Origin: Tubiluchus corallicola
Lineage: Eukaryota; Animalia; Priapulida
Direction of reading: 5' to 3'
Length of the DNA: 64,000 nt
Assembly (NCBI GenBank): GCA_030141605.1
Contig: JAQGDQ010000125.1
Location: 186,001 to 250,000, forward strand
The notes beneath the pieces were generated by a model. That model was given only the letters and a program-made list of their open reading frames with translations. It did not search any database and had not been told where the DNA came from. Shown here in pieces: positions 11,745 to 26,700 of the stretch. How positions within the stretch are numbered: position 1 is the stretch's first letter; each line of letters opens with the position of its first letter. A program made the position numbers and the translations under genes.

Positions 11745-14700
11745 ATGGACTTAACAGCTGAATCAGTGAAACCTTTGCTGCACAGTGTTTTAGTTTCCGA
11801 AAAGGGAGGCGTGCCTTTACATAGGCTAAACCGTGAGTGAAATCAAATTTATTTTATTGTGCCCCTACAGCATTCATTGACAACAGATTAAAATTGAAGT
11901 GTTGCCGTTGTTGTTGAATTGCTTTCTCTGTGTAGAGTGAATATTGTACTTTTAGAAACTAAAGTGAATAACTTAGAAAAACTGTAATACAATAGGTGCC
12001 ACTTAATAGACTCACGGTTAATAGACTCAGCCGCTTAATTGACTCAAAAACAGCTGCTACGGCTGCTTCTATTCAAATGTACATAAAAGCTGTCGGTAAT
12101 TGATTCGAATAACTCCGCATAATTGACTCATGTGCATTCATATATGCTAATATACTAGCTTAATGGTTTGCTTTGACAGTTCGCTTTTGTCCGCTTTGTT
12201 CCCACTGTGTTTGTAAGCAGGAAAGTTTATCAAACGCTAATATGCTAGCCTAATGGTTTTCTTTGACCTGCCCATCCACTGCAATTAACCTCGTTACCCA
12301 AGAATTCCTGGAAGCTAAACATTTAATCACTTGCTTAGCAGTTTGCTTTTGAAGGGCCAGAAAGTGTCTTTGCCAGGAAGTTTAATCAGTTAGTTGCTGC
12401 AGTTATGCTAGGGACACAGGTACAGTACAGTACGTGAGGATAGCAAGCAGGAGCTTAGACGAAACTACAGACGAAGCTACTTGCGGGGAAACACGGGCAC
12501 TGCCAACAGTTATAGCATGCCAGGCACTAAGTATTTTATGAAAATTTGTGCATCATACAACAACAGATTTTCAACTTTTTTCATTATGAGATCTTTGTGC
12601 CCCAACTTCTTCGCGATACAATGAAACAGCCGACTTTGTAGGAATTTTTGTAATTTTTGCAAATAAACTGACTTGCGTGACGTAGAAAAGTATACTTTTT
12701 AATTAATTGCTAATTCACTATATAAATTAATATTTAAAATATTTTTTTCTAAGTTTTAACTGCACAAAGGAATTTAGACATTACTTCGTTTCTAAAATTC
12801 ATTAAAAACTTTTGCAGTGCATACTAAGCTGATGACTCACTTCTATACCAATAATACTACACCCATCGGTTAATAGGTTCAGTCATTTAATTGGGTCAAA
12901 ACACTTCGGTCCCAAAGTGAGTCTATTAAGCGGCGCCTACTGTAATTGAAAAGGATGTTAACATTGCCTGCATTCAATCATTTTTGTTTGCAACTGCTGA
13001 GAATCCTGGATGCAGTTACTGTAACTGTTTGTGCAAGGGTATTAGGAATTTTTTTATGAAAATGTATATACATTTTTCAGATGATTACAGAGACTTAATA
13101 GGAGGTGATATTCCACATAAAAAATTTGGATTTAAAACTTTAAAAGACTTTCTACAATCAATTCCGGATGTTTGTAAGATATCGAGGTAAATATAATATA
13201 CATATGTATTGCAATGAAAATGACTGTAATTCATTTTCAAATGACAAAATAGCATTTTCAGAAAAATTACATTTTCTGTACACCAGGCTGGTTGTTTGTT
13301 ACTTTGTTACTTTTGTTGTTTTTGACTATTTGCTAACTTTGTATTTTTTCAATCGATTTTTTATTTTGTGTCTTTGCAGTTCTAAAGGAGAATGGGTTTG
13401 TATGGCTGTAGGAAGTGACAGAACTGCACATATTGAACGCCTTGTAGCTCAGCAAAAGAGCACAAAGAAAAGAAAAAGAGCTCGTGTAAGTGATTCTTTT
13501 CTAGAAAATTAAACCAGTTTAGTGCATGTTATTGCAAGTAAGATTATACTTATTTTCCAGATAATTCTTCCTTGGCCGGTCAATGTTCTAGTTTTGAGTT
13601 AGGCCTAGAAAGAACAAGGTATGATTTTTTTGTCCAAACAGTTTAAGCCTATTTAAGCTTTGATAGCTTTGGTTAGCTTCTACTAACTTTTTCAAAGATA
13701 CGTGGTTGCATTTCTTGTTTTTAACAAATAAATTATTTGCATTATTATGTCTTTAGTTATTTGTTTTTTTTTTCACTTTAGCCATTAAGACGTAAACCAA
13801 ACACCGGGCATGCTAGACCACAGTCTCATGCAGTTTCTAAACCATTCACTTCTCGCCCAATTGGCACTAGTAAAACGCAGGTAATTAGTTCTATCCTTAT
13901 GAAAGACATTAAATCAACATGTATGTCAATTTTAGTAATTAAAGGGCTTTTACAACATTAATTGTTGTCTGTGTTGAGTGGTACTAGCTTACTATTGTAG
14001 CAAGACTAGCTGTACCACTTGGATTTTTTTAATGTTGGAAAAAATTTACTTTTATTTAAAAGAAGTTTATCCATAGCCTTGAAGTATTATTAAAGTGGAA
14101 AAAAGACAACTATACTTTGAGTCTTACGATTAAAAAATTCATAACTCTGCTAAACTTAATAAACTGCGCTGTGTGGCTTGTATGCCAATATGTTGATATT
14201 GTCTGTAAGCTTGTAAAATTATAATAACAACTTTTCTATGTAAACAAGGTTTTACACTTTCTAATCAATTGACTTGCTGCCAGTAATATGAGTAATAAAT
14301 TGTTTGCTATTATTGTTGTCAAATCTATTACAGTGCCACTTATTGTAAGCGCAATTACCGACTATTTCTATAGCCCAGTGGTTCCCAAACTTTTTTTGCT
14401 CATAGCGCACTTTAGAAAAAGTTAAAATATCTTGCCACATTTGACACATAAATAAGAAAATTTATGCAAAAAAATTTTTATACATAATTATTAGCATATC
14501 AATAATTAAATACAGAAAAATTATATGTTATTAATGAGAAATATGCCCTTGATGTTTTTTGGCAATGTTTTCAATGTTGGAGTGTATCTGAGAAAGACAA
14601 ACCCTCATTTCTTCTTCGATGCAAGGGAGCATATCTCATTTTTCCTGGATTTGATGTTATTGAGGGTTAAAAATCCCAATTCACATAATTACCATGTAGA

Positions 14701-17700
14701 AAACTGCGTCAAAACGAATAAAGCTGTTGAAAGGTATTCTTCTTTAATAGCACTCCAAAATGTATCAATAGGTAATTCAGCATGCTTGATTATTAAGTCC
14801 AAGATCACTGGATATTGATGCCTAGTCTTCTTCACATAACTTCAGTCCAACATTGGGTAGGTTTTTTTATGAAGGGATTTCGAATCTAATCATACTCTTC
14901 TGTATTCAATGACAAAAGTAAAAGTTAATTTTTTTTGCATGTCAAATGTTCAAATAGGAATCATTTCTTTTATGCATGTTTTATTTATTAAAGGAAACAA
15001 TTCAAAGTTACCATTTTTAGCTTTACTTTTCCAAATTACGACTTTCTTTTTGAATGAAACCAGCTTATCCGTCGAAGTGAGAATGTATTCATCTCATTTC
15101 AGTTCGTTTTGCACCTAATTACATTTCTTGACTCACCAGTGCACCGAGGTGCATGGTTTGGGAACCACTGCTGTAACCTATACGTTTTTGCCTAATATTT
15201 TCTCTTAACTACTGTTTGGAAACAAATGACATGTTTAGTTATAGTTTTTGTTTTTTCTCTAAGACTCCATATCTGTGTCATTTTAGGTCAAAAATCAGCC
15301 AAGGTTTCTTCCAAACTTGCCTCCCAGGCTTCAAAGGCTGGAAGAGTTACAGAATCAAAGTCAGCCAAATAAGATGGTGTTCCAGAAAGCCAAGGAAGCT
15401 ATTGCACCAGCAAAATTAGTTCAAGCTGAAGCTAAAATGAAACCCTCGAAAAACACAGGTGATTATGTTAATTATGAAACTGTTCTTTCAGCATTGGCAA
15501 TTCTTCATCACTTATTTTGGGAGTAAATAAGTTTTAATATGCTTCTCCTAGCAGATTGTTTACTGTATTTGTGGCAGTTCTCAGTACTCTAACAGGAATT
15601 GAAAAAAACACTTAATGGCCCAAATGGAAAGATTATTTTGTGCACAAATAAACTTTGATTTGTAGAGGTGATTAAGCACTGCTTGTAACGAGACTAGTAC
15701 CAGTCTCTATCTCGCCAAAATTATAGCTTTTTTAATGGTTTTGGTCTTTAGAGTAACCCGACTCACTTTTAAAAATAATTGTAATAGAGATCTACAAACA
15801 ATCCTGTCAACCAGCTATGAAGCTGAGCGAGCGTTAAGTGTAAGCACTCAGTTCATAATAAAATTTTGTGCTAGAATGTCAGATGACGTCATCAGTGGTT
15901 TGTGGAGTTCTTGCTCTTTAAGATGCTATTACGAATCTAATTGTCGCCAAAGAACTCGTGATGTTTAATAAAAGTAATTGCCACATCCCTGCACATATTT
16001 GTACCTGTGACTACTATTTAATCTACCAGTAAAACTGGCAAACTGTATGCTTAATTTAATCTAGATGTTACCGGCTTTCTATAATAAAAATTGCCTTATG
16101 CATAACAGCCTATAATAATAGTGCTGTTACTATGTATGCAGGGCTCTGTGCTATTTTTAGGTCAATTTCTGCAAGTCAGTCCGACTGTTAGCTGGCTCGT
16201 TCTCGGGCGGTTCTCGATAGCTCATTCTCGGTCCCAATCTCGTAATTTTAAATTGATCGAGAAATTGCAAACACTGCAAATAAATTTATTGGTCAGTTGG
16301 TTAAAGGGCATGTAACAATCAAATCCATATAATATTGAATTTTCTCTTGCCATGGAGTATACGAATTATAAAAGCAGATAATTTAATCGAGTAATCTTCT
16401 GATTTTTTCATACTTTTTATTAGTTAAAAAAGTTTTTATTGCTTCATATAAAATATCTTCTCAACTCCAGTTTATCACTTCTACTGTGGAATCCACATCT
16501 ATTGCAAAGTTGGCTTTTTTTTACTTATGGAAAGAGTTGAAAAGTTCTGCTGCTGTTAGAAGGTACCTATTAATAAGAAAACTTTGTCAATTATATCATG
16601 AATTTTGAGCCTATTAGTCATGCCAGTTAGCTTAAAACTAGTTTTGTTTTCATTTTTCTTTACTGTTGCTATTTGTTGTTTCAGAAAACAAAAAGAAATT
16701 GCAGGACTTGGCTATGTCATGCTCACTCGCTCCAGTTGTATTTAAAACACTTCCGGCAGGGAAAGCGGGTAATTATAATTTTCATGAGTTGTTTCATATA
16801 AGAAAGAAACTATAAAATTGTGCAATATTCTGCACTTATCTATGGTGTAGATTTTCATTAGTTGTTTTGTACAAGAAAGAAACTATAAAATTTGCAGTAT
16901 TCTGCACTTATCAATGGTGTACACTTTCATGAGTTGTTTCATACAAGATAGAAACTATAAAATTGTGCAGTATTCTGCACTTATCTATGGTGTACACTTT
17001 CATGAGTTGTTTCATACAAGATAGAAACTATAAAATTTGCAGTATTCTGCACTTATCAATGGTGTACACTTTCATGAGTTGTTTCATACAAGATAGAAAC
17101 TATAAAATTTGCAGTATTCTGCACTTATCAATGGTGCACTTTCATGAGTTGTTTCATGATATTTTTCTTTTCTTAGGCTTTGTTTCCACTGTTAAGTTGA
17201 AAAACGATCAGTATGGCTCACATGCTGTTCTTGCTACTCGTGAAGAAGCAGAAGAAGCAGCAGCTAAGAATGCTGTGGACGCTCTGCGTACTAGTGGCAT
17301 CGTTTTAAGTAATGAAGTACCCGTGAATCTTGATGATAAAATATTTATTAAGAGACTTGCCGAGGTAAAAACATGCACCATTGCAATTTCAAATGTCAAA
17401 TAGCATTTTAAACAAGGAGTACAGCATTATTCTAATCTAATATGTTTTCTTATTTGTAACAAAGATTCATGGACCTTTATGTCAGCAGGAAATTATGCAA
17501 AGCAGAAGAGTACAGCATTTAGTGTAAAAGAATTGTTGATAAAAGAAATGCATATATTAGGTAGTTACGAGAATATAAACAAATCTTACTGGAAGTGCAT
17601 TTAAGCAGTGAATAATTATAACTGTAAATCAGAAAGCAGAGGTCTGCAGCCCATGATACAAGCATTTCTTTTAAATATAACTCAAATGTTAAAACTGCAT

Positions 17701-20700
17701 TATTGCTTTGCTCCAGTCATTTAAATTCTCTAAGTTGCCAAAGCTGCCTGGAATTAGCAATGAACTTTATATTGAAAGAACTTCCATCAGGTGAATGTTT
17801 TCTGTGGAAAGTTATGACTGAGACGTTTTTCTGACATTCTGAAGGACAGACAAAAAAGTGTTTTGATTAGAAACTTGAAAGTGTGAAAAAAGCCAAATAT
17901 TTCATGGTTCAGAACAGAAAATAAACGATTGTGTTTTGTGAGTAACCCGACTACGAGTTGTTAGGGCTGTGAATTTTTTATGACTTGCTCATGAAGAATC
18001 TGACGAATGCAAGATGAAGAAAAATTAGCGATACCGATGGCTTGTGTAATGAGTTTATTTTAGTTTCTGTATATTTTTTTACTTATTAGTACCTGTGTGT
18101 AGTTATTATGTAGAGTTTGTGAAAAAGTTCTTATAATAGTTAACGAAAAAATCACCAACAATTAACTATTTTAGATTATGCAAGATGCACCCAATGGATT
18201 GTGGGGCTCAAGAGTTCCAAAAGAGCATTTTAAAAAATATAAACAAAAATTACCTACAGACTGGCTGAATATTGTTGAAAAGTATACTGATGTGATAAAA
18301 GTAGAACGGTAAGACCATAACATTTTTAATAGAAAAACTGCTAATGCAATAAAGATGTAATAATAAACCTGCAACAAAGAAAAATATGATGTTTCACTGC
18401 ATCTCTTTGACTGTCTTCAGGTGAAAAAGAAAAAAGCACAATGTAAACATTACTTTTTTTGAATTTTGTAATGTAAACACATTCATTCAAAACTAGTTAT
18501 AGAAAAAGCAGGCGGTCAAAGTAAATGATAATCACGAGACAAAAAACGGAAAGGGTACTAATCGCAGCAAAACAGGAAAAAAACATGTGGCAATATCCCT
18601 GAGATCAGGAAAGGCCATGATGTCTATAGCAGAAAATCTTGGGTTATATGCAGGAAAATATGGGCAAACTGTTTGTCATGGCAAAAAAGTATTACCTGTA
18701 TTTGTATTGGTATTGTTTCAGAAGATGGGGATTAATTTAAAATTGTGTACTTGGTGCAAGATAGAAAATAAACTCAACATGTATTTTTTCTTGAGTAAAT
18801 TATTGGTTACTGTTAAAATTTAACTAATGAAGTAATGTGTTAGGAAAGTAAACTCTTATCCATCATTTTAACATTGTGTTTTTCTTTTTTTCTGGTGTTT
18901 GTTTTTATTATTTGTACCAATTCTTGTCATTAAGAATTATTTCGTTGTTCTTGCAATTTTTCTAGGTATTGTATTTCGTTCAGCATAAGAGGGTGTCTGT
19001 AAAAATGTCTAGCACTGATTGGCAAAGCCTGCCATTTAGTGTAGATTTTTGAAGAAATCTTTGGAACCTGTCTTATCCTATTTTTATGAAAAGCCACCTA
19101 AATAGTTCTTTTTTAAAAAACCTGTCTGTTGTTTGTTTATATAAATTTGTGGCTTTTCTGTTACAGTAATGTGAAGATCAGTTTACTATAAATGTGAGCT
19201 TCTATTTTTTTTAGTCTAAGTCAATCTCAGCATGTGGTGCTATACTTACAAGAACTAGCCGCATCTGAAACGTCGACACCTCACCCGACATCACCATCAG
19301 TTCTATCAGCGCTACCAGATTCAGCTTCACCTCTTCAGTCACCAGTGACAACAATGTTTCCTGTTTCCCTTTCTGAGAGGATGGTAATTTGCTACTTATT
19401 CTAATTACATTTGTACAGTGAGTCCTCGGCTTAGTAATTCTCGTTCAGCGGCATTTCCTCTTAATGATGGTGAACATGAGATGCCTTTTCTCACTTAAAG
19501 ACGTATGTTTCATTGTTCAATTTCTTTTACCTGTCACTGTTTTACCTAATTTGATGTATTCAAACATTATTTCTTACATTATTCTGTTCTAAAAAATTTG
19601 CCAGTAATATAAAAGTACGACAATTTATGTTGTTGAAAGCTGAATACCTGTAGCTTGTAGCTGCTGGCTTGAAAGAGAAACTGCTAGTGATTTTTGCAGC
19701 AGAGAATCTCAGTCTCAGAAAGAAAACCCAACTCACAAATTAGTTCATAAAGTAAGGAAGATGGGTGCTCTCAATGCATGTAAGAAGAAATTTCACACTT
19801 TAAATATGCTCAAAACCTGGTTAAGTTTATAGGATGTGTGTGTTGTTGTCTTTTTGCTTTTGGAACATATCTCACTGCTTTACATTATTTTCTGTGGAAG
19901 TCAAGAAGATTTGATGAATGTTGTACTTTCCGGGAACATATTAGCATTGTTAAGCGAGGACTTACTGTACATTATATGTAAGTGCAAGCGAAAAATGTAG
20001 TGCTTGTTAGTCGCAACAATATTTTGTTTTTTTCTCAGTAATAGTTTAAAGTCATGAAAATACTAAAGTAATACTAAAAATAGAAAAGCACTTTGCACTT
20101 TTTATTGACACGTTGTTTTATTCAACCTTCTTGACTCCTCCAGCAAAGAAGCTACCACTGTTCTAGAATGTTTTCAAGTAAATCACATTAATGCGCTTCC
20201 TGTCCAACTTGGAGCTGTTCTTGAACACAGACAAAATCAACTTGTGACATATCGATATTTGAAATTGAACTTAATATCTTTGTGTCGTATCATTTGTGAT
20301 TTCAGGTGATACCAAGTGCAAAAATTTCCAGGAAATCGGAAGTTGTCATTATCTCTCATGTCAACACCTGTGATAATTTTTACGTACAGCCGGTGGATTG
20401 TAAAATTGATGAGATTATGACAAGCTTGAAGTATACTTTAGATGTATGTCCATTTGTATTCTGTTACAGTAGTGAAGCTGGTGTATACACAGTTTTTGTA
20501 TTTTAAATACTTGGCAATTTGTTTTGAATTTTTTACAATGACATTATTTTGAAAACAATAGTTCATATTGTTTACATACAAATTTTTTTATTTTGCCGTG
20601 TGTAAGTTCGCGTCATCGATTTTCTATTTGTATTCATTGTATAACTTTTCAAACAAACTTTTACATTCTGTGTGTATTATCTAGTTTTTACTCGCCCATT

Positions 20701-23700
20701 TTGATTCTCACTTACGTTCACACTGTCGAGAATTAATCATGTTAGTGCTAGTTAATACAAATCTAATGCAAACCAGTATTAATCAGAAGTTAGGCAAGCA
20801 AATGTGAAGCTTGAAAAAAGGAAATATTAGAAACCATATATTTATATTACAGAAATGGGTTTATATGTATCATTTTACTTATTAACTCAACATTATATTT
20901 TTGCATATTTTTAAGGTGGCATCGTGCAAATCTGTTATTCAGTATCTATAATGTATATGTATATACATATCTATAATGTATATGTATTAAGCCTTTATGG
21001 TGTAGTATATACATATGTTAAGAAGAAAAAGCCAACTATTATATTATTTTATTGTTGCATGGTTTTTGAATGTTGTCTCCCAAAATTTACAGAATGTAAC
21101 ATGTAGACCTGTGCAAAATCCAACTGCAGGCAAATACTGTGCAGCTCTTTGCAAGCGAAGTCACATATGGTACAGGGCACAGATTCTGTCAGTTGAAAAA
21201 GTGAGTATAATTATGTAACTGTAAGTAGCCTTCTTTTATAAACTGTCTCTCCACCTGACAATTAGTGCATAATGCATGATTAAAGTAAATGCAACTCTTG
21301 CAGTCGAGTACCATAGTAAGTAAAGGGTAATTTAGAGTTTATGTGTTGGTAGTAATTTTGCTGTAAATTGGCTTTGGAAAAAATATAATCATTCATGTAC
21401 GAGTAATTTATGTACATGACCGTGTACAATCTGTCTGACCACGAGTTTTAAATGTAATAATTTACTGGGTCTTGGTAGAACATGTTTAAACATTATTGTT
21501 AAATTTTGTAATATACAATTATTGATTATGATAAAAATAGCTTCAGATGTTTAAATGCACAAAGTGGTAATTTTCATGAATTAGTGCTTAACTTTAGGCA
21601 GTTGATATTTTGGCTGTGGTACCTGCTTAATCCATAATGTTATATTGCTGATAATTAATATGATATCATTTAATAAAGTGAATCAAGTTTATGAGCTTTA
21701 TGAGGATCTCATGTAAATGTTAGCACTGGAGTTTCAGTTAAAAGAAGGTATTAAGGATTTGTCGCCTCAGTTCCCTCTATATGCCAACTCCTATACTTGT
21801 CAACTGTTGGTAAAGGGCAGGGGCGGAACTAGGGGGGAGCGAGGGGGCGCGCCCCTTGTCAAAATTTGCGCCAGCCCCTGCAAAATCGGACAAATAATTT
21901 TTTTTGCAATGAAAATTGCAGTTCGCATGTAATCATTTTCAATATGAATTAGAATTAGGTAAAAAAATGTTTGGTAGCTTCAGTGTATTATTTTCTTAAA
22001 ACTTGTGTGTGGTAAATTTCTGTAAATAACAATTTAGTTAGAGGCACATTAATAACGTTAGGTTAACTGAGAGTTAATTTTCTCATTATTGCTCTGTCCG
22101 CTACGCCGTCCTACACACGCTAATTATAGGCCTGCATGCTGTATGAAAGGGGTTAAAATTGGCTTAACCATTATTTAACCACTTCGGATACCTCGCCCCC
22201 CCAGAAAATTTTTGCGCCCCCCCCCTGCTTGCCACATCTAGTTCCGGCCCTGGTAAAGGGCACTAACTTGAAATCTTGGATAAGATGATCATGGTGGTGA
22301 TGTGTTAGCACTTCTCACACTTGAGCTGGTGTATTAGATGCTTGCATTGGTATTTGATTTTCAAGTACTAGGGGTGTCTGCATACATTTTACATAATTGT
22401 TTTATACTACATTATGATTATGATGTAACACTTCCAGGAAACTGTTGAGGTGAAATTTATTGATTTTGGCAACACAGAAATTTTACCATCAAGTTTCATA
22501 TTGGAGCTACCTTTGCATTTGTATAACTTTCCCATGCAGGCTATACACTGTGCTTTGCTTGGTGTTGCACCAACAAATGTGAGTCATTTTTTGTTTATTC
22601 TTCTTTTATTGTGACTCAACTTTGCAGCATTTATTATAAATTTATTATTGATCATCGCTGCAAATTAATGTTTAATTCATGGGCAATTCTCACTTTTTTC
22701 GACATCCGACTTGTTATTTTCTGTCACCATCTGATTGAAGAAGTAATATAATTTTGGATTATCTTTATATTTTAGCAGATAACTTGTATATGATTACAAC
22801 AATTTACTGCACGATAAACTAAATTAAATACATACTTTTTTGTCACAGAAATTGATTGAACATTTACATTTAAGATTACTGTAGTGTTTAGGAAAATCCT
22901 AGTTCGCTGGGAAATTTTATTTGTTGCTGTGTTTAAAATTGGGGTTATAGAATGAATATGATCTAATCAGACTTATGTTTAGGACACAACTTTTACTGTT
23001 AACAACAATTTATCATTGAAATTTACTAGCAGAAACGTTTACTGCTGCATATGCGTAGCAGATGTAATGTATATGCTTTAACTGTTCTGTTCAGGGTGTA
23101 TCAGATAACTGGGATGTCGAGTCAAACAGCCGTCTTCTAGATCTGACTGATGAAAAGCACATGCTAATGACTATAGTGGACATTATAGGTTTGCAATATT
23201 TGTTTTGTGATACTTTTACTACTTCATTTTGTTTGTGTTCATTTTGTCAATCAGTTTGTGTGTGTGTGTGTATGTGTGCATGCGTGCGTGTGTGTGGGTG
23301 TGGGTCTGGGTGTGGGTGTGGGTGTATGCGTGTACAGACTATATTAAAAGTGCATATGAAATGAAGTTTTGCCTAGGTTCTACTTGGCGTCAAATAAAAC
23401 CTATGCAGTGACACATTTAGATGCCATGAGACTATAGCGTTTGCAGCAGTGTGATGATCCAGGATTGCGAATAGTGTCGTACTATGCAATGTAGAATTGT
23501 GCATAGTTTTCAAATGCACTGCACTGTGCCACATTTATAAAAAGAACAAAAAAATTTGGAGTTTTAAAAAATGGACCCCTGAGAGTAATGTTAACATTTT
23601 ATGAAACAGTGGCATTCACTAGTGTTTCTGTAAGTATAGCTTTTTGTAGGTACAATTTCACATTTTATTTTTTTTAAAGTTTTGTAATAACAAAAATTGC

Positions 23701-26700
23701 AATTGTGTTTTAGTTAGTTAGCTGTGCATTTTCCTAGCTTACTTGATACCGTACACATTTTTAGTATTATGTAACCATTTCCTTGCAGATGGAAAGTGTT
23801 TTGTTAATCTTGTGTTACCGGAATCTCACAAGTCAGTTGCAGATGAATTGATTGAACAAGGTTATGCACTTCGATGGTTACCGCCATCACTTAGTCCCAA
23901 GAAAGAACCTAAATTTGGTATTGAGTAAACACTGCTTTTATTGTATATAGAAACTGGCTATTTGTCTGACTTGCGATTCATCTTGAGGTGGTATAATGAC
24001 AATTACAGCTGTAATTACTTATTTAACACTAAGCTCCAACCTAACCTGCAAAAAGATTTTTAACTGTGTTTTAGTATTTGTACTTATTTGATTCATTATT
24101 AATTAATTTTTATCATTAATTTATTTTTATCTTATAATCTTTCTTAAAAGATGCTAATTTTCATTATTGAATCTTTTTTGATTTGTATTAGTAAATCGAT
24201 TAATTTTATTTTTATGTAAAAAAAGCTGACGATTAACCTGATGTCTTGGATTCTATCAAGTCCATATTGTTCATATCATAAAATTTAAAAATAATATAAA
24301 ATAAAATCTTGTCATAAAATATAATAAGATTTCAAGTGAGCTTGCTTTTGAAATTGTCTAAATTAAATGGATGTTTTTATGTTTTAAACCTTTTTAACTG
24401 TGCAAAATGTAGATACAATGAACAGATGATGAAGTAAGCATGCGATGATTACACTTTTTTAGGATTGTAACTTTCTGCTGAGATTTATTATTGGTTTAGT
24501 CACAGTTTACTTCTTTATTTTACAGATTTAGATGAAGTTTTTATACCTGATCAGTTAGTATTACCAGATGCACCATACTGGGATGTGTATGTTTTGTATG
24601 TGACAAGTGCTGTAGAGTTAGCTGTTCGTCTTATAGGTGATGATTACAGTGTAAGTTTTGATATCATACTTGTCTATCTATCTATCTATCTTATTTTTAA
24701 GTGTGTACACCATACACCCAGTTTATGATTTAATGTATAAGATATTGTTCCTGTGAATGTTTTTAACTTTCACTTTTGCAGAACCTTGTTCATTTACATA
24801 TTGTTTATTCCTTCAGGACCATAAGCATTTGCTATATTTTGAAAAACTGCTCTCATTAAGCAGCGATTACATTATATTTGGTACTTTTTGTAGATTTTTA
24901 CTCCTCACACAATGGATTTTCATTCAGAGTTATATATGAAATACATTGGCTTACTTTACACAAATCAAAAATCAATTTTTGATGAAAAATTTGAGAACAG
25001 CTTTCAGTAACTGCAATGTTTGCACTGTGACAATGTACAGTGTTACTTGTGTGAAATTGTCTGATGCAGAAAACTTGAACTATCCATACACAACACTCTG
25101 ATACACATTGGCCTCAAGTCACTCTATTTTAAGGAGAAATTCCTGTTAAAATATGAAACGATCTTAATTTCTCCTTGACTGTTCTTTTGGTTTTTCCTGG
25201 TTATCTGTGCAGCGATCAATAAAACAGTGTGCATGATCATACAAGTGTGCACCAGATTAAGCTACTCATTAGGCTAAGTTAGAGTGACTGAAAATGGCAC
25301 ATTTTTCTTAATTTTATCCAATTAAATCACTTATAAATGTTTAAACAAATAGCATGATTGAATAACCGTTATTCTCCTGATTAGAACAGTACCTAATATG
25401 TGATTATTTAGTTATGTATTTGCTCATGCAGCAGCAGAAAAGTCACAGGTCTAATGAGACCTATTTTGAATGGTGTGGTCCTGAAGGAGTTAGCCCTCTT
25501 TGAGGTTGTAGTTTTAAATATTTTTATCATTTTGATTTTTATGTAATCTGATCTTCACCCTTTAGGTTTGGTCTTTGTAAGCATTGATTTAAAAATCCTA
25601 ATATAATTTGCGTTAATTTGTTCAGATTAAATACGAACAACTTGAAGAAGATATGTCCTACTTCTATAATTTGAATACTGATTTGCAACCAGTATCTCAA
25701 CCAAAGTTAAAACACGTCTACGCTGTTAAAGTTGAGGAAGATGTGTGGGTTCGAGGAGAGGTGCATTATTTTGATGAAGAAACTTTAATGGTGAGCATTA
25801 TAATTCATGATGCATTATGATTATTGGTAATTGTAACTTTGCTCTCTTTTACTCCCTGCTCATTTTGTTACTTAACATAGATCGGATAAAGCTTGTGTAA
25901 TGCTTCTAAGCTTCCTTCATAAGCAAGCACTTTACATACACTACTTGTAAGTTATTCTATCAATAAACAAATGTAGCAGTTTAGTTAAAATAGCAAATTT
26001 TTTTAACGTTGGTTGTTTCTTTAAGTTTCAAGCTACGACTCCGTAATTCATGATGCTTATAGACTGTTTCCATGTGTCCATGCTATGCGCTGTGAAAATT
26101 ACAAGCAGTAATTTTTGAAAACCGTGCATTGTCGAAATTTAACCGTGATGACTACAGCTGCGGCGTAAGCTTATTATTGTACTATTCGACAAAAAAAATG
26201 CAACAGAAAGCACCGGTTTTGGGTGCACAACATGTTGCAGGGGAGAGACCAATATGTCAGGTATCATCACTTAGTGAAGGAACCGCAACACGTAACTACG
26301 TGTTTTTTCCACCTCTCAGTAACTCAAATAGAAAAAATATTACTGTATATAGGTCCTAAAGTGACCAAAACTCACATAACTAGAATTTTCACAAAGCTAA
26401 ACAGCGTAAATGGTCAACTTGAAAACTCGCTATAATCACCTAGGCAATGGCGGTTTCCCGTCTGCGCATTGCTGCGCGATGCGTATTCTGACGGTAGTCA
26501 TCACTTTCTAATGAATATGGATCACACATTACGGATTACACATTACATACATACATGGAAACACTTCTACATATTTGCATACAAACTGTTGTATACGCAT
26601 TACAGATCACGCATCACACATTACATACACATAGAGTCGTACCTTTATTTGTATTATTTCTATTACACATTTACCCATGAGATTATTGCATCAGGATTAT

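Noticed and set aside
16779-17157. CRISPR-like array
   Set aside because: Head-to-tail tandem units with no unique spacers, in a eukaryotic intron, with no cas genes.
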